From assembly GCA_045863395.1 (NCBI GenBank), contig BTVJ01000057.1, positions 1-48,463 of the forward strand: a stretch of 48,463 nt of DNA, written 5' to 3'. Source of the DNA: Myxococcales bacterium. GTDB lineage: Bacteria; Myxococcota_A; UBA9042; JABWCM01; BTVJ01. The stretch's first letter is position 1. The number at the start of each line of letters is the position of its first letter. Positions 41,949 to 48,463 of this stretch are shown in pieces. The notes beneath the pieces are model-generated. The model searched no databases and had not been told where the DNA came from. It saw only the letters and a list, made by a program, of their open reading frames with translations. Both the position numbers and the translations under genes were made by a program.

Positions 41949-42623
41949 ATGGAGCGGACGCGTGAGGAGCTCATCGAACAAGGAGATCGGCTGTCCAGCC
42001 CCGCCGTGATCGCGCAGACGCGGCTCAGCCTGAAGCTGGCCCGGCGGGATGCCGAGGGGCTCGCGGCCAACGGCTGGGCTGTGAAGAAGACGGACGCGCT
42101 GGAGGCGGACCTCGCCGCGCTGGAGGCGGCCAACGCCTCGTACACGGCGCGCTTCGGCGCTCACTCGGCCAACGGCAAGGCGGTGGCTGCGGCCGTGGGG
42201 AGCGCCAAGAAGTGGCGGGTCCGCACCCTGGCCATCGGGCATGCAGCCCTGACCGGGGAGGCGCTCGGGGCGTTGGAGAAGGCGACCTCGCCTACGAGGG
42301 GCAGGGCGGACCGCCTGGCCCAGCAGATTCAGGCCCTCGCGGACATCGTCGAGGCTCACGAGGCCCTCTTCAAGGAGGAGGGCGCGAGCGACGGGCACCT
42401 CGCGGAGGGTAAGGCGCTCGCCGCCGCACTTGCGCAGGGCACGGCGACCCAGGCGAGCCGCCGCCGGGACCTGCCCGCCGCCCACGACGAGCTGGACGAG
42501 CTGGACGGGCGCATCTTCTTCCAGCTCAAGGCGCTCCACCGCTCCGGCCGCGCCCACCATCTCACCGTCGGCGATCGCGCCCGCGCCAACGAGTACAATC
42601 TGGATCTGCTCTACAACCGCTAG
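41949..42623 (+). CDS. 224-aa predicted all-alpha hypothetical protein with apparent internal duplication
   Basis: Strong SD GAAGGAGGA, typical codon bias, Ala/Leu/Glu-rich amphipathic helices; no recognisable catalytic motif. Confidence 0.85.
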   Translation: MERTREELIEQGDRLSSPAVIAQTRLSLKLARRDAEGLAANGWAVKKTDALEADLAALEAANASYTARFGAHSANGKAVAAAVGSAKKWRVRTLAIGHAALTGEALGALEKATSPTRGRADRLAQQIQALADIVEAHEALFKEEGASDGHLAEGKALAAALAQGTATQASRRRDLPAAHDELDELDGRIFFQLKALHRSGRAHHLTVGDRARANEYNLDLLYNR

Positions 42624-42627
42624 ACCT

Positions 42628-43028
42628 CGCCGGCGCCGGAGGCGGGCTGCACGGCGCCGGAGCAGGGCTGCACGGCGCCGGAGCAGGGCTGCACGGGTGC
42701 CGCCACGTCTCCGCACGGCGCCGGAGGTGGGCTGCACGGCGCCGGAGCTGGGCTGCACGGCGCCGGAGCGCCTCCGCACGGCGCCGGAGCAGGGCTGCAC
42801 GCGTGCCGCCACGCCTCCGCACGGCGCCGAAGCGCCTCCGCACGGCGCCGAAGCGCCTCCGCACGGCGCCGAAGCGCCTCCGCACGGCGCCGGAGCACGT
42901 CCGCACGGCGCCCGAGTCGGGCTGCACGGCGCCCGAGTCGGGCTGCACGGCGCCGGAGGCGGGCTGCACGGCGCCAGACGTGGGCTGCACGGCGCCGGAG
43001 CACCTCTGCACGGCTGCCGAGCGCTCGT
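42628..43028. repeat. Tandem array of about 19 units of 21 bp (two units are 22 bp)
   Basis: Consensus GCACGGCGCCGGAG + variable 7-mer (CAGGGCT, GCGGGCT, CGCCTCC etc.); well-conserved units run from 42649 to 43007; 22-bp variants at 42691 and 42797. Confidence 0.95.
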
Positions 43029-43303
43029 CGGGCGTGCAGCACGGTCACGCGCAGGATCAAGAGTGGTGTGATCGTGCGCTGCGCCGCCTGGAGCCACCAG
43101 GAGGCCTCCTGGATGGCGTCCACCTGATGCGCCGCGGGGTGTGGTTGACCCCGGCGGGGTGCTGCCGCTACGCTCACGCCGCAGTGAGGCAGCGTCGGAG
43201 GCGAGTCCTCGTCGCTCGTTGCCGGGCGCGCGCGGTCCCGACGCTTTGCCCCGGGGATGACGCTGCTCTTCCGTCCCGGATTCCGCCCGGTACAGGACCC
43301 GAC

Positions 43304-43480
43304 ATGCTGAACCTCACGCTCCGAGAGGAGTTCCGCGGCAGGGGCCTCCAGGGCACGCAGATCGAGCTGCCGACCGCAGTGACCCTGCCCGCGGCGCGCT
43401 TTCTCGAGATCGTCGACCCGGACGACGCCGACCCGGACGGCGACGCGTGGGTCGGCCTCTACCACCCCCGAATCTCGTGA
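43304..43480 (+). pseudogene. N-terminal remnant resembling a DUF499-family AAA ATPase
   Basis: AGGA SD + MLNLTLREEFRGRGLQGTQIEL...PAARFLEI matches my recollection of DUF499 protein N-termini; ends after 58 codons. Confidence 0.55.
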
Positions 43481-43488
43481 GGCCCCCC

Positions 43489-44673
43489 ATGACCGCGCCC
43501 TTCATCAAGAGCGTGACGCTCCGCGGCTTCCTGTCCTTCCCGCCCGAGGGAGTGACCCTCCCCATGGCGCCCCTCAACGTGCTCATCGGGCCCAACGGAT
43601 CGGGGAAGTCCAACTTCATCGAGGCGCTGGCGCTGCTGCGCGCCGTCCCGAAGGATCTCCCCCTGCCGGTCCGTCAGGGGGGCGGGGTGCGCGAGTGGCT
43701 CTACCGGGGGGAGCCGCAGGCCACGCGCGCCGAGATCGACGTGGTCTTCGGGGAGGGTCACGTCGCGTACCCGCCGACCCTGTCGCCGCCCGCGGTGCGC
43801 TATCACCTGGCCTTCGGGGTGGACGGGGAGTCGTTCGTGGTCCTCGACGAGAGGCTCGAGAACGAGTCGGGGAAGCCCAAGCCCTACTTCTACTTCGGCT
43901 ACGAGAACGGTCGGCCCATGGTGAACGTGGCTGGCGGCAAGAGGGAGCTTCGTCGCGAAGACATCGACCCGGCGCAGTCGATCCTGTCGCAGCGCCGCGA
44001 CCCCGACACCTACCCCGAGATCACGCGCCTCGCCGACCGGCTCGGCCGCATTCGGACGTACCGCGAGTGGGCCTTCGGGCCGGACTCCCCGATCCGCCAG
44101 AGCAGCCGGGCGGACGCGCGCGCCGACGGGCTGAGCGAGGCGCTCGACAACCTGCCGACGCGCCTGGCGGTCCTGAAGCGCGACCCGGCGGTGAAGCGCG
44201 AGCTCCTGGCGCGCCTCGGCGACGTCGCTCCGGGCTTCACCGATCTGGAGGTGGTGCCGGAGGGCGGGCGGCTCCAGCTCTACCTCACCGAGGGGCGCCA
44301 CAACGTCCCGGCGCATCGGCTCTCCGACGGCACGCTGCGCTATCTGGCTCTGCTCGCCATCCTGCTCGACCCGGCGCCGCCGCCGCTGGTCGTCATCGAG
44401 GCGCCGGAGCTCGGGCTTCACTTCGACCTGATGCCGAAGATTGCGCAGCTCCTCGGAGACGCCTCCACCCGCGCCCAGCTCGTGGTCACGACCCACTCCG
44501 ATGTCCTCGTGGATGCCCTCCAGGATGCACCGGAGCGGGTCGTCGTCTGCGAGAAGGGCGACGGAGGCACGACGCTCCATCGCCTGGATGCTGCGCCGCT
44601 CGCGGAGTGGCTCACGAGGTACTCGCTCGGCACCCTCTGGACACGGGGTCAGCTCGGGGGGACGCGATGGTAG
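43489..44673 (+). CDS. ABC-type (AAA_21-like) ATPase with altered Walker B
   Basis: LIGPNGSGKSN, LSDGTLRYL, VIEAPE (usually IEEPE), TTHS; typical LG.LW..G.LGG.RW end. Confidence 0.88.
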   Translation: MTAPFIKSVTLRGFLSFPPEGVTLPMAPLNVLIGPNGSGKSNFIEALALLRAVPKDLPLPVRQGGGVREWLYRGEPQATRAEIDVVFGEGHVAYPPTLSPPAVRYHLAFGVDGESFVVLDERLENESGKPKPYFYFGYENGRPMVNVAGGKRELRREDIDPAQSILSQRRDPDTYPEITRLADRLGRIRTYREWAFGPDSPIRQSSRADARADGLSEALDNLPTRLAVLKRDPAVKRELLARLGDVAPGFTDLEVVPEGGRLQLYLTEGRHNVPAHRLSDGTLRYLALLAILLDPAPPPLVVIEAPELGLHFDLMPKIAQLLGDASTRAQLVVTTHSDVLVDALQDAPERVVVCEKGDGGTTLHRLDAAPLAEWLTRYSLGTLWTRGQLGGTRW

Positions 44674-44948
44674 ACGCGGTGCTGTTCGTCGAGGGTGGGG
44701 GCAACGGTTCAGAGTCGGCGCTCCCATCCGAGACCCGCCCCCTCGAGTCCATCCCGAAGGCAACGGTGGCGAAGTCGCTGGACAAGGCGGCCAGGAAGAC
44801 ACCCAAGAAGGCCTGCGACAAAGGCCGTGACTCCTTCGCGCTGCTCGGTCGCCTCGATCCAGCGAAGCTGAAGGCCGCGGGCCCCTGGGCCCGACGCTTC
44901 TTTGACGCGCTCGACCGACTCCTCCCGCCGTCGGGGGCTCTCTCGTGA
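44667..44948 (+). pseudogene. Internally deleted DUF4276-like (TOPRIM) protein
   Basis: N-terminal LFVEGGG joined directly to C-terminal ALP...ESIPK...KG.DSF.LL..LDP...RF; only 93 aa, central core absent. Confidence 0.7.
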
Positions 44949-46570
44949 CCGCCGTCGCCGGCCTCCTGCCCGGCCAACGGGTCCGTCCCCCCGATTTTGG
45001 CGAGGGAGTGGTCGTCGACCCCCTACGAGACGGGTTGGTTCGCGCCTTCTTTGGTGTCGGCGAGCGCCAGGTGCAGGGGTCGGCCCTTCGCTCCGCGCTG
45101 TCGCGGACCGAGCGGGTGGCCGCAGGGGGTCGAGGGCACGCCTGACCGCCTCCGGTGCGCATGGCTGGCCCTGGAGGCACGGTCACTACCGCTGATGGAG
45201 AGCGCCGCGGCGCTCACGTCAGCTCGCATCGATCTGCTGCCGCATCAGGTCGTGCTCACCCACCGTGTCGCCACCGGGTCGCCGCGTCGCTCTCTGATCG
45301 CGGATGAGGTCGGGCTCGGAAAGACCATCGAGACGGCGCTGATCCTGCGGGACCTTGCGGGACGGGGCGAGCTTCGGCGGGCGCTGATGGTCGTGCCGGC
45401 GGGTCTCGTCAACCACTGGCACCGCGAGCTCAAAGAGGTCTTCCACCTCGACTTCGAGGACTTCGGAAGCAAGGGGGACGTCACCGACCGGAAGACCAAT
45501 GCTTTCGCGAAGCACGACCGCCTCATCGCCAGCATCGACACATTGAAGCGACCGGCCCGCTTGGCCGGGTGTCGTTCAACTTCGATCTGCCGTGGAACCC
45601 GATGGACGTGGAGCAGCGCATCGGGCGCATCCACCGCTACGGGCAGCGGGACACAGCGCAGGTCTACAACCTGGTGCTCTCGGACACCATCGAGGGGCGC
45701 ATCTTCCTGCTGCTCGACGAGAAGCTCACCGAGATCGCCAGGGCCCTCGGCAAGCTGGACGAGCACGGGAACGTGGCGGAGGACTTGCGGAGCCAGATCC
45801 TCGGACAGCTCTCCGAGCGCATCCGGTATGACCAGCTCTACCAGCAGGTGCTGTCCGACCCGGAGCTCCGGCGCACCAAGGTGGAGCTGGAGGTCGCGCT
45901 CGAGCACGCGAAGGAGGCGCGGACCGTCGTCTGGCAGCTCTTCCAGGACCTCGACGGCTTCAACCTCGACGACTACCGCCCGCTGTCCGACGTGAGCGCG
46001 GGCCTCGGCCGCATCGTTCGGTTCCTGCGGATGGACCTCGCCGAGCGCCACATGCGTCTGGAGCCGCGGCCGGACGACACGCTGGCGGTCCTCGACGAAC
46101 ACGGGCGCTTGCACCTGCAGTTCACGACGGATCGGGAGGTGGCGAGGCGGCAGCAGGATGTGGACCTGCTTGGGCTCGATCATCCACTCGTGCAGGCGGC
46201 GCTCCGTCACCACGGGGCCACGGAGCCCGAGCGGCTGGGCGCGGCGGTAGACGGGACGGGGGAGGGGCCAGTCCTCGTGAGCTTCTGGCACGTGGAATCC
46301 CAGGGCGGGGGGCGCGAGCGGTCCGCCCAGATGATCCGCTTGGCGGTGGATGCGACAGGCCGGCGTCTGCCGCACCTCGAGCGGCAGGCCGACGACCTCT
46401 TCTCCCGCGAGTCAGCACCGCCCGCCCTCAGCTTCGGGGAACGTATGGCGCTGCTCCACGACCACGTCGAGCCCATGCTGCAGCGGGAGGTCGTGCTGCG
46501 CGGAGCCAGCCCCGAAGGGGGTGGGTTTCGCGCCGAGCTCGTGGGGCTGGTCGAAGTGAAGGGAGGGTGA
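44945..46570 (+). pseudogene. SNF2/RapA-type helicase with frameshift and large internal deletion
   Basis: LLPHQ, ADEVGLGKT, VVPAGL...W..EL, then after about 45563 directly DLPWNP..VEQRIGRIHRYGQ in another frame; DEAH and motifs III-V absent; +1 shift at the G run 45125-45129. Confidence 0.85.
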
Positions 46571-46671
46571 GGAGCAGGCCAGGATGGCGTCTGATCGCCT
46601 GGGCTCAGGAGGGGGGGCTCGGGAGAGTGAGCGAGCGGGTGAATTCCATCGCAGTCGGATTGCACGAACCT

Positions 46672-48243
46672 TCAGGCGTGCAGCACCGTCACGCGCAGCC
46701 CCAGCGCCGGCGTGGTCGCCTCGACGAAGCGGGTGCGCGTGGCGACCGGCGGCGCTCCCGTGCGCCGGTCGAAGACCACGAGCCAGCCGTGGCCGAGGCC
46801 GAGAGACGACAGATAGCCCTCGATCTGGCGGAGACCCTCCGGCGTGGGGTCTGCGGTGTCGTCGCGACGGACCTTCAGCTCCAGCGCCTCGCGCTGCCAG
46901 CCGCCCTTCTCCGAGGGCACCGGCCAGCGGACGAGCACGTCGATGCGGCGCATCCCGACGCCGTACTCCCGGTCGATGAAGCCGCCGCCGTTGACGATGC
47001 GCTGGAGCCAGGCGAACAGGACGAGCTGCGCCGCCACCTCGTGGTAGGGCATCTTCGGCGCGAGGGCCGCCCCCTGCTCCCGCCAGAAGTCTGCGAAGGC
47101 GTCGAGCATCGCCTGGAGATCGAGGCGCCCGTCGCGGACCCACGTGCGGTCGGGGAGCTGGATGCTGGCCTCCGCGAAGCCCGCGAGGACGCGGACCACG
47201 ACCTCCCGGTAGATGGGGTTTGCCACGGCGGGCGGGTTGCCCTGCGTGACCAGGCCCAGGTCGCGCACGAACTGGAGGTCGTCGTCATACGAGTCCCCCG
47301 GCTCTCCCGGCTCACCGGCCAGCAGGGGCGCGATGACCCGGCGGACCCGCGGCTCCTGGAGCCGCGCGACCAGAGAGTCCAGGTGGGTCTGGCGCGCCAG
47401 GATCAGCCGCTCCTTGGCGCTGTCGAAGTGCGCGGCGGTGATGGGCTCGGAGGGCGGGACCGCAAGCTCCTCGATGACCTCCCGAGCCAGCGCGTTGACG
47501 AGCCAGGGCTGGCCGCCGCTGAGCGCAAAGGCGCGCTCGATGGCGCCGTCCGTAAAGGTCTGTCCCGCGTCGGCCGTGTGCTGGCCATAGAGGGCCCGCA
47601 CCTCGTCACGGTCGAAGCTCCCCAGGCGCACCGACTTGGTTTTCACGTTGAACGGGCTCGACGTCCCCATCCGGTCGGGGTCTGCTCCCGACGCGATGCG
47701 GTAGTCCCGCACGTCCCGGAGGCCGCACAGGACCACGGACCAGGGAGCGCCGCTCGGCCGGGAGGCGAAGCCGGCCCGTAGCTGCCGGAGCACAGACTCG
47801 AGGGCGGCTCCCCGCAGCGCGTCGATCTCGTCGATGAGCAGGACGAGGGGCCTCGGGCACCCGTTCGCCCACGCCCCGAACGCCCCGCGGATCCGTTGCC
47901 CTTCCGGGGCAGCCGGCCAGACGCCCGGGGGCCGCAGCTCCGCGGGCAGGGCGACCGCCTCGAACCCCACCTCTGCGAGCACGGCGTCCTCCGCCTTGCC
48001 GATCTGATCGCCGAAGATCGAGCCCGCCTCACAGGAGAACGCCAGCGCCGCGTACCGTCCATCCGCGGTGAGCGTCCGCGCCAGCGCCCGCAGCGACGTG
48101 GTCTTGCCTGTCTGTCGCGGCGCGTGCACCACGAAGTAGGAGCCCCGCTCCACGAGCCCCCGCGCCTCGGGGATCCGGTCGAGCGGCGGCAGCATGTAGT
48201 GCATCCCCTCGATGCACGGCCCCGCTGTGTTGAACCACCTCAT
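46672..48243 (-). CDS. AAA-type ATPase with C-terminal PD-(D/E)XK-like domain
   Basis: MRWFNTAGPC, HAPRQTGKTT, LIDEID, SPFN, GQPWLVN, NPIY.E, RID..V...ALELK. Confidence 0.9.
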   Translation of the reverse strand: MRWFNTAGPCIEGMHYMLPPLDRIPEARGLVERGSYFVVHAPRQTGKTTSLRALARTLTADGRYAALAFSCEAGSIFGDQIGKAEDAVLAEVGFEAVALPAELRPPGVWPAAPEGQRIRGAFGAWANGCPRPLVLLIDEIDALRGAALESVLRQLRAGFASRPSGAPWSVVLCGLRDVRDYRIASGADPDRMGTSSPFNVKTKSVRLGSFDRDEVRALYGQHTADAGQTFTDGAIERAFALSGGQPWLVNALAREVIEELAVPPSEPITAAHFDSAKERLILARQTHLDSLVARLQEPRVRRVIAPLLAGEPGEPGDSYDDDLQFVRDLGLVTQGNPPAVANPIYREVVVRVLAGFAEASIQLPDRTWVRDGRLDLQAMLDAFADFWREQGAALAPKMPYHEVAAQLVLFAWLQRIVNGGGFIDREYGVGMRRIDVLVRWPVPSEKGGWQREALELKVRRDDTADPTPEGLRQIEGYLSSLGLGHGWLVVFDRRTGAPPVATRTRFVEATTPALGLRVTVLHA

Positions 48244-48279
48244 GCGGCCAACGGTAGCCGTCGCTGCGCGAGGGCGCAA
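48244..48279 (-). promoter_or_regulatory. Leaderless-type promoter of the AAA-nuclease gene
   Basis: Minus strand TTGCGC-N17-TACCGT-N7-ATG; no SD. Confidence 0.55.
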
Positions 48280-48463
48280 GTCGGCTCGGCCCGTCCAGCA
48301 CGCCCTGCTCGGCGACAACAGCGCCCTTGGGGCCCGGATGGCTCGGGGCACTGCTCTGCGGGATGCAACCCCACTGACAGGGTCAGCAACAAATAGCTGC
48401 ACGCCCCCCATGGCCGCCTTCGGGCGGCTCGGCCCCGGCCAACCCCGGGAGGTACCAGGAGTA

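Noticed and set aside
42628..43028. CRISPR array or TIGR-type guide array
   Set aside because: Variable parts are only about 7 nt and are reused between units; period is 21 bp; no cas or Nop-domain gene recognised nearby
42430..43480. ORFs reading through the repeat (CTAPEQG / HGAEAPP heptads) on either strand
   Set aside because: No SD or convincing start; 22-bp units shift the frame; stop-free frames are expected in GC-rich repeats
45125..45129. Programmed frameshift or phase variation in the SNF2 gene
   Set aside because: The G run is only 5 nt and the gene also lacks its central motifs, so restoring the frame would not give a functional helicase
29721..48463. Defined mobile element (prophage, ICE, IS, integron)
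   Set aside because: No integrase, transposase, phage or conjugation genes and no terminal repeats recognised in the window

Overview
GC-rich bacterial DNA, most likely Myxococcota (inferred from a MYXO-CTERM-like motif, an encapsulin cargo protein with the LTVGSL tag, Cys-rich lipoproteins and an ACIII-caa3 operon). All family assignments are by motif recognition; no searches were run. 1-12.1 kb: MepA-type peptidase-HEAT fusion, a small 4-Cys ORF next to tRNA-Leu(TAA), CAP lipoprotein, an unusual phosphatase/MYXO-CTERM/hydrolase fusion, nitrilase-family amidase, Cys-rich lipase-like lipoprotein, family 1 encapsulin with ferritin-like cargo, and apaG. 12.3-29.7 kb: respiratory cluster (Cys-rich protein, ctaB, ABC transporter, SCO, diheme cytochrome c, actABCDEF(G), SCO, A2-type caa3 oxidase subunits II, I, III, IV). 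29.7-48.5 kb: accessory/defence island with four toxin-antitoxin-like pairs (three apparently leaderless) and an intact vsr / C5-methyltransferase / (EcoRII-N-like + MORC ATPase) / Z1 / PD-(D/E)XK operon. It also holds an orphan 224-aa helical gene followed directly by about 19 tandem 21-bp repeats, a decayed defence locus (DUF499-like fragment, ABC ATPase, deleted DUF4276, deleted SNF2) and an AAA + PD-(D/E)XK gene. Best candidates for new biology: the MORC restriction-like operon with a putative fused specificity domain and internal start, the gene + 21-bp array unit, and the double-sorting-signal polyprotein.
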